This document shows positions 1-10,240 of a stretch of DNA of 47,939 nucleotides, one piece after another. This DNA is from an uncultured Bacteroidota bacterium (GTDB lineage: Bacteria > Bacteroidota > Bacteroidia > UBA7662), in the NCBI GenBank assembly GCA_903856555.1, contig CAIOCC010000103.1, positions 1 to 47,939 of the forward strand, given 5' to 3'. The position numbers and the translations under genes are program-made. Under the pieces are notes generated by a model that ran no database searches, was not told the origin of the DNA, and was given only the letters and a program-made list of their open reading frames with translations. Position 1 is the first letter of the stretch; the number at the start of each line of letters is the position of its first letter.

Positions 1-340
1 ACACCAGGTTCAGGTATGGCTGGTGAACACCGGTTGGACCGGTGGGCCTTACGGGGTTGGTTCTCGCATGAAATTGTCCTATACCCGGGCAATGATTACG
101 GCCGCTCTGCAGGGTGAACTGGATACGGTTCCATCCCAGGCACATCCCGTCTTTGGCGTTGCGGTGCCCGCATCTTGCCCCGGAGTTCCGGATGAAATTT
201 TGAACCCCCGTCTGACTTGGAGCGATCCAGCCGCTTACGATGCCAAGGCATCGCAGCTAGCGGCGGCTTTTATCAAGAATTTTGACCAGTACCGAGAAGG
301 CGTTGATGCCAAGGTATTGGAAGGGGAACCGAGACCTTAA
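1..340 (+). CDS. pckA: Phosphoenolpyruvate carboxykinase (ATP), C-terminal fragment; 5' end lies outside the window
   Basis: The frame is open from the window edge (codons phased on nt 2) to TAA 338-340. The translation [38 protein letters not shown]... is the conserved C-terminal region of ATP-dependent PEPCK. Confidence 0.85.
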   Translation, partial: HQVQVWLVNTGWTGGPYGVGSRMKLSYTRAMITAALQGELDTVPSQAHPVFGVAVPASCPGVPDEILNPRLTWSDPAAYDAKASQLAAAFIKNFDQYREGVDAKVLEGEPRP

Positions 341-2550
341 CGAAGGGTCTCGTCCAACCAATCAAAGAAGACCTTCTGCCAGAGGACCGAGTTTTGGGGT
401 TTGACGACCCAGTGGTTTTCGTCTGGGAAATACAACAACTTGGTTTTGATTCCCCGCAATTGGGCGGCGGTATAGGCTTCGAGTCCCTGGGCCAATGGCA
501 CTCTGAAATCGTTTTCGTTGTGAATGACCAGGATGGGGGAGGTCCATTGATCCACCGTCTTGTGCGGTGAAAACCACGTATAAGAAGCCGGTTTAGGACG
601 ATCCCAAGGTCGGCCTTTCATGTCCCATTGGGAAAAGAAAATTTCTTCGGTCTGACCAAACATGGATTCCAGGTTGTAAACCCCGCAATGTGCAATCATG
701 GACTTGAATCGCCCGTTGTGGTGACCGGCCAACCAATAGACCGAGTACCCACCAAAGGAGGCGCCAACGGCCGCAACCTTTTCGGCATCCACAAAAGGCA
801 AGCGACGAACCGAATCGGTAACCCATAACAAATCGTTCATGGCTTGACCGCCCCAGTCCCCGGAGATTTGTTCGTTCCATGCCTGTCCAAAACCGGGAAG
901 TCCCCGACGATTGGGGGCGACCACGATGTAACCTTTGGCGGCCATCAAGTGAAAATTCCAACGCATGCTAAAGGCCTGTCCAATCATGCTTTGGGGTCCG
1001 CCTTGGCAATAAATCAAGGTTGGATAGCGTCGCTTGGGGTCAAAATTGGGGGGATAAACGATGTAGGTCTGGACCGCCTTGCCATCCGAAGAAGTTATCC
1101 AACTGCTTTCAAATCGAGCCGATTGCAGTTGGCTGTAAAGGCTATCGTTGCAATGGGTGAGCGGGGTTTCGGGGGCTGAACGCAGCGGCTCTTTGACGAA
1201 TAGTTCCGAGGGTCTCAGCATCGTGGATTTGAGAAAAACCAGGCGGTGGTTGCTGCGCTGTTTGGTGGCCGTTGTTTTGGATTCTGCTTTGTTGGTGACC
1301 CGATGGGGGATCGCCAAAAGTCCGCTGTATTGGGCCGTTTCGGTTGTGATCTCGATCCAAGAGCGAACGGCGGTTTCGTTGCGGGGCGAGGGACCCTTGC
1401 GTCCCGAACGAGTGGCCGTTGACGCGGATGAGTGTTGGGGCGATGCCAAAGGATGGGCGTAAACCTTGGTTGATCCTTGGTCGTAGACCCCAAAATACAG
1501 GGATTTGCTATCCGGGGCCCAACACAATTCGTAGGCCGAACGATCCAATTCGGTGTTCAGGTAACGAAGGCTACGGGTGCTCCATTCCATCAGGGCCACC
1601 CGATTCAGGTCGGCTTCGTAGCCATCGCGGGCCATGCTAAGCCAGGCCAGGTGTTGACCGTCCGGAGAGAAAACCGGATCGGTATCGTAACCCGGATTGG
1701 ACTCGGTCAAGTTTTGGGTTTTCCCGCTGGGGATGTGATAGGCGTACAGGTCCGAATTGGTCGAAACCGCCGATTGGTTTCCGTTCATTTTTTTGGAGGG
1801 ATAAACCAACCAATCACCATCGGGGGACCATGCGATTTCGGACGAGGAGCCCATCGGTTGAAGGGGGCTGTGGTAAGGTTGATTCTCCAAAAGATCAACG
1901 GCTTTGCCGTTGGGGTACCCATCGCGCAATGCTTGGACAAAAACATGGCTGTAGGTCCCGTCGTGCCAACGGTCCCAATGTCGGTGCATCAACTGATCGT
2001 AAAGGCGACCGCTGGATAAAGGCAGTTCCGGGTAGCGATCACGCAGCGTGGGTTCCATGCGGACCCTTGCCAGGTAAAACCAATGCCCACCTTGGGGGGA
2101 TAATCCAAAGCCTTCCACACCGCCGGGGACCGCGCTCAGGCATTCCCTGCCGCTGCCATCGGGCCGCATGCGATGCATTTGCATTTGACCATCCACCGAG
2201 TAGAGAAAAACCAGCCATTGCCCGTCGGGGCTCCATCGGACTTCGCTTTCGGACGATGGGGTGGTGGTGAGGCGGGTGGATTTTTGAAGGCTTAAATCCA
2301 GGATATACAGGTCGGTTTGGGATTTGTTAAGGGCTAATTCGGTGGTCCTGACCCCGTACACCAAGCGCTGCCCATCGGGTGAGGCCACGGGAGCCTGGAC
2401 CATGGACATTTTCCATAACATTTCTTCGTTGAGCACGGGGTCTCCCTGGGACTGAGCCTGCAAGGTCGCCGGCCAACCAAGGCTAAGGGTGAGCAAAAGC
2501 GTCAAGGCTGTAAGGGACAGCCGGTGTTTAAGGGATTGATTGCAAATCAT
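337..2550 (-). CDS. S9 family serine peptidase (prolyl oligopeptidase / dipeptidyl-aminopeptidase-like), secreted
   Basis: ATG 2550 gives a signal peptide, [33 protein letters not shown]. The longest ORF reaches 2646 but would run into leuS. There are repeated propeller SPDG motifs (ASPDGQ, WSPDGQW, WSPDGDW, FSPDGQH). The C-terminal alpha/beta-hydrolase part has a GASFGGY nucleophile elbow plus NDFRV and DENHW (Asp/His). Confidence 0.85.
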   Translation of the reverse strand: MICNQSLKHRLSLTALTLLLTLSLGWPATLQAQSQGDPVLNEEMLWKMSMVQAPVASPDGQRLVYGVRTTELALNKSQTDLYILDLSLQKSTRLTTTPSSESEVRWSPDGQWLVFLYSVDGQMQMHRMRPDGSGRECLSAVPGGVEGFGLSPQGGHWFYLARVRMEPTLRDRYPELPLSSGRLYDQLMHRHWDRWHDGTYSHVFVQALRDGYPNGKAVDLLENQPYHSPLQPMGSSSEIAWSPDGDWLVYPSKKMNGNQSAVSTNSDLYAYHIPSGKTQNLTESNPGYDTDPVFSPDGQHLAWLSMARDGYEADLNRVALMEWSTRSLRYLNTELDRSAYELCWAPDSKSLYFGVYDQGSTKVYAHPLASPQHSSASTATRSGRKGPSPRNETAVRSWIEITTETAQYSGLLAIPHRVTNKAESKTTATKQRSNHRLVFLKSTMLRPSELFVKEPLRSAPETPLTHCNDSLYSQLQSARFESSWITSSDGKAVQTYIVYPPNFDPKRRYPTLIYCQGGPQSMIGQAFSMRWNFHLMAAKGYIVVAPNRRGLPGFGQAWNEQISGDWGGQAMNDLLWVTDSVRRLPFVDAEKVAAVGASFGGYSVYWLAGHHNGRFKSMIAHCGVYNLESMFGQTEEIFFSQWDMKGRPWDRPKPASYTWFSPHKTVDQWTSPILVIHNENDFRVPLAQGLEAYTAAQLRGIKTKLLYFPDENHWVVKPQNSVLWQKVFFDWLDETLR

Positions 2551-2596
2551 TTGGGCGAAATTTTGGAGGATGTGTAGGATCGAAAGAAGGCCTTGT

Positions 2597-5500
2597 TTAG
2601 GGTTGATTGGGCAAAACAATGTTAATGATTCGACCAGGTACGGCAATCGTTTTGGTAGGGATCCGGCCGTTGAGCCATTCCACCACCTTGGGGTGTGCCA
2701 GGGCTAGCTGGACTAAATCTTCTGGGAGGCCTTTGGCCGGAAGTTCCACTTGCAAACGGACTTTGCCATTGTGCTGAACCGGATACAAGTAGGTATCCTG
2801 TTCCAAGTAGATGGATTCCCAGTTGGGATAAGGGGCGTGGTGAACCGAAGGTTCGTGACCCAAGACTGCCCACAGTTCTTCGGCCAAATGGGGTGCAAAC
2901 GGAGCCAACATCCGGACATAGGGGTCCAGGATTTGGCGATGAAAGAGCCCCGCGCTTTGAATCTCGTTCATGCCAATCATCATCGCCGAAATGCAAGTAT
3001 TGAGGGCCATTCGTTCCAATCCATCGTGAACTCTGCGAAGGCAACGATGCAAAATGCGAAGGGCGGCTTCGTCCGGATCGGACGAATGAACCTCGGATGA
3101 ACGAACGTGGCGGTTTACTTTTTGGAGAAATCGGTAAACCCCCTCAATGCCTTGGGTATCCCAGGGCTTGGCATCTTCGAGGGGGCCCAAAAACAATTCG
3201 TAAAGACGAAGGGTATCGGCCCCGTATTGGTCAACAACGGTATCGGGGTTGACGACATTGCGTTTGGACTTGGACATTTTTTCGACCTCGGATCGGGTCT
3301 TGAATTCAAATCCCAGCGCGTCCGCTCCTGTGTTCCCATGGCGGTTGAGCCAAACGGCGTTTTGCCATTCGGCTGTTTCGGGGGAACCCGCTAGGAGGGA
3401 AGGGATGTCCAAAAGATTTTTGTCGACAAAGCGAACGTCCACCGAGGTGCGGAATCCGGGGTATTCGTGGAGGGTAGCGGCGGTATGGGGATTTGATAAC
3501 AAATCTTGAAGCCAATCTTCGGAAACGAGGAGGGGGGTGCCCGCACTTGCCTGGGTCAGGGGATGCACGCTTGGGGCACTTTTTCCTTGGGTCTCCCGGC
3601 ATTGGTTCCACCATTCCAGCGATAGGGCCGGGTGGGAACGGTAAACATATTCCGATACCCCTTGAATCATGCCCTGATTGACCAGGCGCTTGAAGGGCTC
3701 ACGAAAGGGAACCAGGCCACGATCAAACAAAAAATGATTCCAAAAGCGAGCATAGAGCAAATGCCCCGTGGCATGTTCAGCCCCCCCAATGTACAAATCC
3801 ACGGCGCCCCAGGCCTTCATCGCGGCGGGATCTGCAAAGACTTCTTGGTTTTGGGGATCGGTATAACGCAAAAAATACCAGCTGGAACCGGCCCAACCGG
3901 GCATGGTGGTGGTTTCCAACGGAAGACCCTGCCAAGTCCAATCCTTGGCCCGTGCCAAGGGAGGTTCGCCATCGGCCGTTGGCAGGTAGCGATCAATATC
4001 CGGGAGCAAAAGAGGCAGGGCCGAATCCGGGAGTGGATAGGGATCTTCGCCATCCATCACCATGGGGACCGGTTCGCCCCAGTAGCGTTGCCGTGAAAAA
4101 ACGGCATCCCTCAAACGATAACGTGTTACAGCAAAGCCGCGGTCTGTTTTTTGAAGTTCAGCAATGACGGCGGGGATGGCTTGATGGGCGTTGAGTCCGT
4201 CCAAAAACTGGGACGACTTGAGCACCGCATGGCGGTCATCGCAGGCCCCCGTTGAGGGGTCCTGGTTGACAAAAATCGCAGGGATGTCCAAGCCAAAATG
4301 AGTCGCAAAGTTCCAGTCCCGATGATCACCGGCCGGGACCCCCATGACCACGCCGGTCCCGTAGCCGGCCAAAACATAATCAGCGGTCCAAACCGGGACC
4401 TGTTGCCCCGTGATCGGGTGTCGAGCGTAGCTGCCCGTGAAGCAGCCGCTGATTCTGCGGGTTTCGGCTTGGCGATCGCGTTCGCTGCGGCCTTTGGTCT
4501 GAAGAAGGTAGGCCTGAATTTGTTCGGATTGTTCGGGGGTGGTGAGGCGTTCAACCCAGGGGTGTTCGGGGGCAACGACCACAAAGCTGACCCCAAAGAG
4601 GGTATCGGGTCGGGTGGTAAAAACTTCCAAGGTCCCGCAAGCCGTTTCAAAGCGAACCTGGGCACCCACCGATCGTCCAATCCAATGGCGTTGGTGTTCT
4701 TTGATGGATTCGGACCATTGGAGCTCGTCCATGCCCTCGAGTAAGCGGTCCGCGTAGGCAGAAATTCGAAGCATCCATTGGGGCATCAGGCGTTGTTCCA
4801 CCGGATGTCCGCCCCTTTCCGAAAAACCGTCTTTGACTTCGTCGTTGGCCAAAACGGTCCCCAAAGCCGGGCACCAATTGACCCTGGCCATGGCGCGGTA
4901 GGCCAAGCGGTAATGCATCAGGATTCGACGCCGGCTCCGCTCATCCATGGTCGCCCAGTCCTGGGCGCTGATCGACGGCGTTTGCTCGGAACAGGCGGCT
5001 TGCAGGTGGTGGTTGCCGTGTTGACTCAGATAGTCCTCCAATTCCGCGATCGATCGGGCCTTTTGGGCCTCGTTATCGAACCAGGAATCAAACATGCGCA
5101 GAAACATCCATTGGGTCCAACGGTAGTAGTTAGGATCGCTGGTGTCGATTTGGCGGTCCCAGTCAAAACTGAAGCCCAGCCGACCCAGTTGTTCCCGGTA
5201 CCGGGCGCTGTTCTGGACGGTGGTGGTGCGGGGGTGTTGCCCGGTTTGGATCGCGTATTGTTCCGCCGGCAGGCCAAAGGCGTCAAATCCCATGGGATGG
5301 AGGACCGCATGGCCCTGCATTCTGCGGAGCCTGGCCACCACATCCGATGCGATATAGCCCAAGGGATGCCCTACGTGGAGCCCGGCCCCCGAAGGGTAAG
5401 GGAACATATCCAGTACATAGGTTTTGGGTTGGCCATCAAGGGGTTCTTTGGTGCGGTAGGTGCCGTTTTGATGCCAATAGGCTTGCCATCGGGCTTCCAT
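2597..5500 (-). CDS. leuS: Leucine--tRNA ligase (long Bacteroidota-type form)
   Basis: Class I signatures HVGHPLGY (HIGH) and KMSKSKRN (KMSKS), with LeuRS-like sequence throughout and a large insertion before KMSKS. ATG 5500 gives MEARWQAYW. An in-frame TTG at 5527 would add MNPSPTFQE, which resembles the usual F-x-E-I-E-x-K-W-Q N-terminus, so the start is uncertain by 27 nt. The longest ORF (to 5719) is unlikely. Confidence 0.95.
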   Translation of the reverse strand: MEARWQAYWHQNGTYRTKEPLDGQPKTYVLDMFPYPSGAGLHVGHPLGYIASDVVARLRRMQGHAVLHPMGFDAFGLPAEQYAIQTGQHPRTTTVQNSARYREQLGRLGFSFDWDRQIDTSDPNYYRWTQWMFLRMFDSWFDNEAQKARSIAELEDYLSQHGNHHLQAACSEQTPSISAQDWATMDERSRRRILMHYRLAYRAMARVNWCPALGTVLANDEVKDGFSERGGHPVEQRLMPQWMLRISAYADRLLEGMDELQWSESIKEHQRHWIGRSVGAQVRFETACGTLEVFTTRPDTLFGVSFVVVAPEHPWVERLTTPEQSEQIQAYLLQTKGRSERDRQAETRRISGCFTGSYARHPITGQQVPVWTADYVLAGYGTGVVMGVPAGDHRDWNFATHFGLDIPAIFVNQDPSTGACDDRHAVLKSSQFLDGLNAHQAIPAVIAELQKTDRGFAVTRYRLRDAVFSRQRYWGEPVPMVMDGEDPYPLPDSALPLLLPDIDRYLPTADGEPPLARAKDWTWQGLPLETTTMPGWAGSSWYFLRYTDPQNQEVFADPAAMKAWGAVDLYIGGAEHATGHLLYARFWNHFLFDRGLVPFREPFKRLVNQGMIQGVSEYVYRSHPALSLEWWNQCRETQGKSAPSVHPLTQASAGTPLLVSEDWLQDLLSNPHTAATLHEYPGFRTSVDVRFVDKNLLDIPSLLAGSPETAEWQNAVWLNRHGNTGADALGFEFKTRSEVEKMSKSKRNVVNPDTVVDQYGADTLRLYELFLGPLEDAKPWDTQGIEGVYRFLQKVNRHVRSSEVHSSDPDEAALRILHRCLRRVHDGLERMALNTCISAMMIGMNEIQSAGLFHRQILDPYVRMLAPFAPHLAEELWAVLGHEPSVHHAPYPNWESIYLEQDTYLYPVQHNGKVRLQVELPAKGLPEDLVQLALAHPKVVEWLNGRIPTKTIAVPGRIINIVLPNQP

Positions 5501-5595
5501 TTCCTGAAAAGTCGGGGAGGGGTTCAAGGGTAGGGTGTTGAATTCAGGCGAATTTAGTTCAAAGCCAAGACCAAGGCTACGGGGCTTATTTGTTT

Positions 5596-5603
5596 TATTT
5601 TTG
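5596..5603 (+). promoter_or_regulatory. Candidate Bacteroidota -7 promoter box TATTTTTG, 6 nt upstream of the ftsX ATG
   Basis: Perfect match to TAnnTTTG. The sequence reads TATTTTTG-CGACTT-ATG(5610). No clear -33 TTTG was seen. Confidence 0.35.
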
Positions 5604-5609
5604 CGACTT

Positions 5610-6485
5610 ATGAAGCTCACCGCCCCCACGCTCCTGCGTTCATCGGTCTCCCGTTCCAGGGTCTCGGCCTTTGGTTCGCAGGGTTTGGTGCTTTTTTTGT
5701 TGGGCCTGATGGGAATCATTGCGGTGCAGGCCCGCTGGTGGGTGGAATATTTGCATGAAAACGTAGAGATTCAGGTTTTTTTGCGTCAAGAAGCGCAGCC
5801 TGCTGAGATTCGAGCATTGTTACAAACGGTTCGCCGGATGCCCGAGGTCAAACAGTGTCGGTATGTAAGTCGCGATGAGGCAGCCCGAGAAATGAGCCAA
5901 GAATTGGGGGAGGATTTCGTTGACTTCTTGGGCGAAAATCCCTTGCTGGCATCGGTCAAGGTTCGTGTCCATTACCGTTTCGGTGAAAAGGTGGCCTTTG
6001 AGGAACTCCAGCGCAAATTGGCCGTTTTGCCTTTGGTGAGCGATGTCGCATACCCCGTGCGCTTGCTGGCCTCCCTTGAACGCAATTTTGGCACCATGGC
6101 TTGGATTCTCTTGGGATTGAGCGGGGCGCTTTTTGGGTTGACCTGGCTTTTGATTGACCAATCGGTTCGCTTGGTCCTCTTTGCCGACCGTCATTTGATT
6201 CGTTCCATGCAATTGGTGGGTGCGGATGATCGATTTATTCGCCAACCCTACCTGCGCAGGGCTTTGAAATGGTCGATCATGGCCTGGGCGGGGGGCTGCG
6301 TTCTCCTGCTGGGTACCATGGCCTGGGTTCTGCAGTGGGCCCCTGATTTGAATTACCCCGGTGCGGGGCTTCAGGTCCTGGTTTTGGCGGGGGGATTGCT
6401 GGGCTTTTCCCTCCTGACCGGTTGGTTGAGCCATTATGTGGCCCTCAACAAGTATCTTCGCCTTGAATCGGATCAATTGCACTAA
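5610..6485 (+). CDS. ftsX: Cell division protein FtsX-like permease
   Basis: From ATG 5610 there is a basic N-terminus, TM1 (LVLFLLGLMGIIAV), a periplasmic domain ENVEIQVFLRQ...GEDFVDFLGENPLLASVKV, and three C-terminal TM helices. It sits in the typical Bacteroidota order ftsX-DUF3098-uppP-truB-ribF. Confidence 0.75.
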   Translation: MKLTAPTLLRSSVSRSRVSAFGSQGLVLFLLGLMGIIAVQARWWVEYLHENVEIQVFLRQEAQPAEIRALLQTVRRMPEVKQCRYVSRDEAAREMSQELGEDFVDFLGENPLLASVKVRVHYRFGEKVAFEELQRKLAVLPLVSDVAYPVRLLASLERNFGTMAWILLGLSGALFGLTWLLIDQSVRLVLFADRHLIRSMQLVGADDRFIRQPYLRRALKWSIMAWAGGCVLLLGTMAWVLQWAPDLNYPGAGLQVLVLAGGLLGFSLLTGWLSHYVALNKYLRLESDQLH

Positions 6486-6516
6486 ATCCTTTTGAGCCCC
6501 CTACCGTTCCCTCGTT

Positions 6517-6783
6517 ATGGCCTACAAAGCAACTTCTACCAAAACCGCTAACGCCCCTTCTTCTTCCATCACGGATGCTTTTCGTCGCAAGGGTGCGCCT
6601 TTGTTTGGCCCGATGAATTATCGCTTGATGTTGTTGGGACTGGTCTTGCTGGTGGTGGGAAATATGCTGATGATCGGGAAAGAAGACATCTACTCCTTCA
6701 CCAAAATCACCTTGGCGCCGTTGGTCATTTCCTTGGGGTACTTGGTTGAATTAGCCGCGATTCTCTACCGTCCCCGGTCCTAA
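6517..6783 (+). CDS. DUF3098-like small membrane protein
   Basis: 88 aa with two TM helices (NYRLMLLGLVLLVVGNMLMIG and ITLAPLVISLGYLVELAAILY). Its position between ftsX and uppP is typical of this family in Bacteroidota. Confidence 0.6.
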   Translation: MAYKATSTKTANAPSSSITDAFRRKGAPLFGPMNYRLMLLGLVLLVVGNMLMIGKEDIYSFTKITLAPLVISLGYLVELAAILYRPRS

Positions 6784-7571
6784 TGGATTGGCTGGCCGTT
6801 TGGGTTCTGGCGATCGTCGAGGGCCTAACCGAGTTTTTACCGGTTTCATCGACCGGTCACATGATTTTGGTTTCCTCCCTAATGGGCTGGAAACAAACTC
6901 CTTTGCTGGAGTTATTTGAAGTTTTTATTCAATTAGGCGCCATCCTTGCGGTCTTGACCCTTTATTACCCCCGGTTCCTGAGGGGACCTGTTATTTATTT
7001 CAAATTGTTCATTGCCTTTTTGCCGACCGGGTTGGTTGGATTTTTGGCCTACCAAACCATCAAAGAATATTTGTTTAACGCGGTAACGGTGAGCATTTCC
7101 TTGGTGGTGGGTGGGGTCGTTTTGATTTTATTAGACCGTTGGTCGGATCGTCGAGAATCCCGGCACGCATCCATCGAAAGCATGCCGTACACGGCCTTGA
7201 TAAAAGTAGGTTTGGTTCAATGCATCAGCATGATTCCCGGGGTTTCCAGGGCGGCTGCTACTATTTTTGGCGGGGTTTCGGTGGGGCTGAGTCGAAGCCT
7301 AGCCGCTGAGTTAAGTTTTTTGTTGGCCTTGCCAACCATGGCGGCTGCCACGGGTTACGATCTGCTCAAGCAATACGATCAGATATCCTCCAATGCCTGG
7401 CCCATGCTCTTGACCGGGGGGCTTGTTGCTTTTGGGGTCGCCCTATTGGCCGTGAAGGCCTTCATTGTGGGGATCGATCGGTTTGGTTTCAAGGCCTTTG
7501 GCTATTATCGTATTTTGGTTGGTTTGTTGTTTTTGGTGGCCTATGTCTGGGGTGGATGGACTTTGGACTAA
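6783..7571 (+). CDS. uppP: Undecaprenyl-diphosphate phosphatase
   Basis: N-terminal signature VEGLTEFLPVSSTGHMIL, a multi-pass membrane protein, and the later PGVSRAAATI motif of BacA/UppP. Confidence 0.9.
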   Translation: MDWLAVWVLAIVEGLTEFLPVSSTGHMILVSSLMGWKQTPLLELFEVFIQLGAILAVLTLYYPRFLRGPVIYFKLFIAFLPTGLVGFLAYQTIKEYLFNAVTVSISLVVGGVVLILLDRWSDRRESRHASIESMPYTALIKVGLVQCISMIPGVSRAAATIFGGVSVGLSRSLAAELSFLLALPTMAAATGYDLLKQYDQISSNAWPMLLTGGLVAFGVALLAVKAFIVGIDRFGFKAFGYYRILVGLLFLVAYVWGGWTLD

Positions 7572-8283
7572 ACAAAGCGGCCTGCCTTCGTTGGAAATCC
7601 TGAAGGCCGGTTCCGTTTTGCCGGTGCACAAGCCCCGAACTTGGACCAGCTTTGACGTGGTACGTCGGGTGAGGAACCGCTTGAAGGGCGCTAAAATCGG
7701 ACATGCCGGGACCTTGGATCCATTGGCAGATGGCTTGCTAATTCTGTGCATAGGTGCCAAAACCAAGGAAATTGACCAATGGATGGGTGGTGTCAAAACC
7801 TACGAGGCCTCGGTCGTTCTTGGGGCGGTCACCGAATCCTACGATTTGGAAACTCCGGTTCAAAGCAGCGGTGTCGATTTTGATTTGGAACCCAAGACCA
7901 TCCTCGAAGGCTTGGGGACCATGGTCGGGTTCATTCAACAAAAGCCCCCGGCCCATTCGGCGATTAAGGTGGACGGGGTGCGGTCCTATACCAGGGCCCG
8001 GCAAGGAAAGAGCCTTGAAATGCAGGCCAGAACGGTGCATATCGAGGCCATCGACCTGCTGGGATGGAATAAACCTCAAATGCAATTGCGAATCCGTTGC
8101 GGCAAGGGAACGTATATCCGGTCCCTGGCCCATGATTTGGGGGCCTATTGGGGATGCGGCGCCTACCTGGAGGGCCTGCGTCGAACAGGAATTGGTTCCA
8201 TTACCTTGGACCAAGCGTTTCAGCTTGAAGATTTTGACGCATTTTTGCAAATCGATTCCCCAACGGATCATGCTCGTCGTTAA
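7543..8283 (+). CDS. truB: tRNA pseudouridine(55) synthase
   Basis: VHKPRTWTSFDVV and the catalytic-Asp motif GHAGTLDPLADGLLILCIG. ATG 7543 overlaps uppP by 29 nt. An in-frame TTG at 7591 is an alternative start. Confidence 0.9.
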   Translation: MSGVDGLWTKQSGLPSLEILKAGSVLPVHKPRTWTSFDVVRRVRNRLKGAKIGHAGTLDPLADGLLILCIGAKTKEIDQWMGGVKTYEASVVLGAVTESYDLETPVQSSGVDFDLEPKTILEGLGTMVGFIQQKPPAHSAIKVDGVRSYTRARQGKSLEMQARTVHIEAIDLLGWNKPQMQLRIRCGKGTYIRSLAHDLGAYWGCGAYLEGLRRTGIGSITLDQAFQLEDFDAFLQIDSPTDHARR

Positions 8284-9202
8284 CAACCTGGAAGATTACC
8301 GCAAGTCGGCACCCTTGGCCCTCACCATGGGTTCCTACGATGGGGTGCATTTGGCCCATGCCGAAATTATCTCGGCCTTGGTGCGCGAAGCCAAAGAGCG
8401 GCAATGCCTGGCGACCCTCATGACCTTTGATCCGCACCCCCGCATGGTTCTCAACAAAGACCCGGATAAATTGAAACTGTTGAGCAGCAACCGCGAAAAA
8501 CGGGAAATGTTGGAAGCCTTGGGGCTGGACATCTTGTTTGTGGTCCCCTTTGACAAGGAATTTTCCAACCAAACAGCGGCTGAATTTTTGGGCCGATTGG
8601 TCCAAGGCATGGGCGTTGCCCACTTGGTCATTGGATACAACCATCGTTTTGGGAAGGACCGGGAAGGGGATTATGCCTTTTTGCAGCGAATGACCGAACA
8701 GTGGCCTTTTACGGTTCAAGAAATTGGACGTCAGGCTTTGGATCAGATGGCTGTTTCCTCGACCAAAATCCGGCATTCGTTGGAAAGCGGTGATGTGGCT
8801 TTGGCCCAAATGTTTTTGGGGTATCCGTATACCTTGAGCGGCACGGTGGTTCACGGGGATCAGGTCGGACGACGTTTGGGTTATCCGACGGCCAACCTTT
8901 CGGTGGACGACCCCAACAAATTAATTCCCAAATCAGGAATCTATGCGGTCCATGCCCGGGTTGGTTCGGATTGGAAACAAAGCATGGCGTACATCGGCCC
9001 TCGCCCAACCCTTCAGAGCCATGGAAAGTCGGTGGTGGAGGTCCATTTGATGGAATACGACGGGGATTTGTATGGCCAAGAAATGACCATTCGCTTTTTG
9101 AGCCGCTTGAGGGACGATCGCAAATTTGATAGCCTCGAAGAATTGCAAAGCCAGATCCGCTTGGACGAGTCCAGGGCTCGATTGTATTTCGAAGGTCGTT
9201 AA
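8270..9202 (+). CDS. ribF: Bifunctional riboflavin kinase / FMN adenylyltransferase
   Basis: The true start is the internal ATG 8270 (MLVVNNLEDYRK...) of track ORF 7754-9202. Motifs: GSYDGVHLAHAEI, FDPHP, and the kinase part GDQVGRRLGYPTANL. It overlaps the truB stop by 14 nt. Confidence 0.9.
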   Translation: MLVVNNLEDYRKSAPLALTMGSYDGVHLAHAEIISALVREAKERQCLATLMTFDPHPRMVLNKDPDKLKLLSSNREKREMLEALGLDILFVVPFDKEFSNQTAAEFLGRLVQGMGVAHLVIGYNHRFGKDREGDYAFLQRMTEQWPFTVQEIGRQALDQMAVSSTKIRHSLESGDVALAQMFLGYPYTLSGTVVHGDQVGRRLGYPTANLSVDDPNKLIPKSGIYAVHARVGSDWKQSMAYIGPRPTLQSHGKSVVEVHLMEYDGDLYGQEMTIRFLSRLRDDRKFDSLEELQSQIRLDESRARLYFEGR

Positions 9203-9211
9203 ATTACTTGG

Positions 9212-10240
9212 CTAATCCAGCAGCAATTGCTGGATCATTTCGCGGGTCAGCTCCGCTTCGCCCACCTGGCCTCCTTGACCCATCCCTTTGGATTTGAGAT
9301 CGTATTCCATGAGGATACGTATGCTGCGCCGAAGCCGGGGCGGACGCAGGGAGCGGGCGTATTTGCGGTAAGCCGTAACAAAATACGGATGCACGCCGAG
9401 CAAGGTCGCCAACGCCTGAGGGGCTGCATCCGAGGCCTCGTGGACCAAGGCCACTTTTTGATAAAAAGCATACAAAGTCCCAACGCAAAGGGGCAGACTA
9501 AAATTGGACGCTTTGGGTTGTTGGCCCAGGTGGACGGCCAATCGGTAGGCCCTGGTCGCGTCTTGTTCTCCGAGGGCGTCTTGGAGTTCAAACACATTGT
9601 ACTCCCTCGAAATCCCCACAAATTTCTCGATATGCTCGGGTTCAATGCGTTCGCCGTCCCGAAGGTTGAGGCTGAGTTTTTCGATCTCGGAGGCGAGAAG
9701 ATCCGGTCGATTGCCAACAAATTCCAAGAGCAGGGCTTTGGCTTGGGGGTTGAGTTTAAAACCATGCCCCGCTACTTTTTCGTCCAACCAAGACTCCAAT
9801 TGCCGGTCCTTGAGGGAATCGCTTTGGACCACCAAGCCTTTTTGCTCCAGGATTTTGTAGGTTTTTTTGCGACGGTCCAGGTTCTTGCCCCGGTACAGCA
9901 GGACCAGGAGGGTGGATGCAAGAGGGTTTTGGAGGTAGGCTCCTAGTTTTTCCCATTCTTTGTCTGCCATTTGTTGGGCTTCCCGCACCAATACCAGCCG
10001 CTGTTCGGCCATGAAGGGGAAGAGTTTGGCAGCACTGAATATTTGTTCGGCATCGCATTCTTTGCCGTACAAAATCGTTTGATTAAAATCGCGGGCCTGT
10101 TCGGGAAGGAAGCGGTTTTCCAATAAATCTCCCAAGGCATCCACAAAATAGGGTTCTTCGCCCTGTACCAAAACCGATCCGGACCAGCGGAGGACTTCCT
10201 GGGGTTGTTGCAAACATTCGCGGGCAATTTTGGCAGCCAT
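9212..10240 (-). CDS. holA: DNA polymerase III subunit delta
   Basis: 342 aa. The N-terminus VLVQGEEPYFVDALGDLL..FNQTILYGKE and the overall layout are typical of HolA. It shares a TAATG stop/start junction with the upstream gene. Confidence 0.75.
   Translation of the reverse strand: MAAKIARECLQQPQEVLRWSGSVLVQGEEPYFVDALGDLLENRFLPEQARDFNQTILYGKECDAEQIFSAAKLFPFMAEQRLVLVREAQQMADKEWEKLGAYLQNPLASTLLVLLYRGKNLDRRKKTYKILEQKGLVVQSDSLKDRQLESWLDEKVAGHGFKLNPQAKALLLEFVGNRPDLLASEIEKLSLNLRDGERIEPEHIEKFVGISREYNVFELQDALGEQDATRAYRLAVHLGQQPKASNFSLPLCVGTLYAFYQKVALVHEASDAAPQALATLLGVHPYFVTAYRKYARSLRPPRLRRSIRILMEYDLKSKGMGQGGQVGEAELTREMIQQLLLD

Noticed and set aside
4778-6482. Long antisense ORFs 4778-5533 (+, opposite leuS) and 5820-6482 (-, opposite ftsX)
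   Set aside because: They have no motifs and a low-complexity, wrong-frame composition. The opposite strands carry well-supported genes.
7754-8269. In-frame 5' extensions of track ORFs: ribF 7754-8269, miaA 35142-35399, maf 21835-22077, S9 peptidase 2551-2646, pyrD 31730-31768, PTPS 16734-16769
   Set aside because: The extensions overlap the preceding genes and encode non-conserved, wrong-composition sequence. Internal ATGs give canonical N-termini such as a P-loop, a signal peptide or a conserved first helix.
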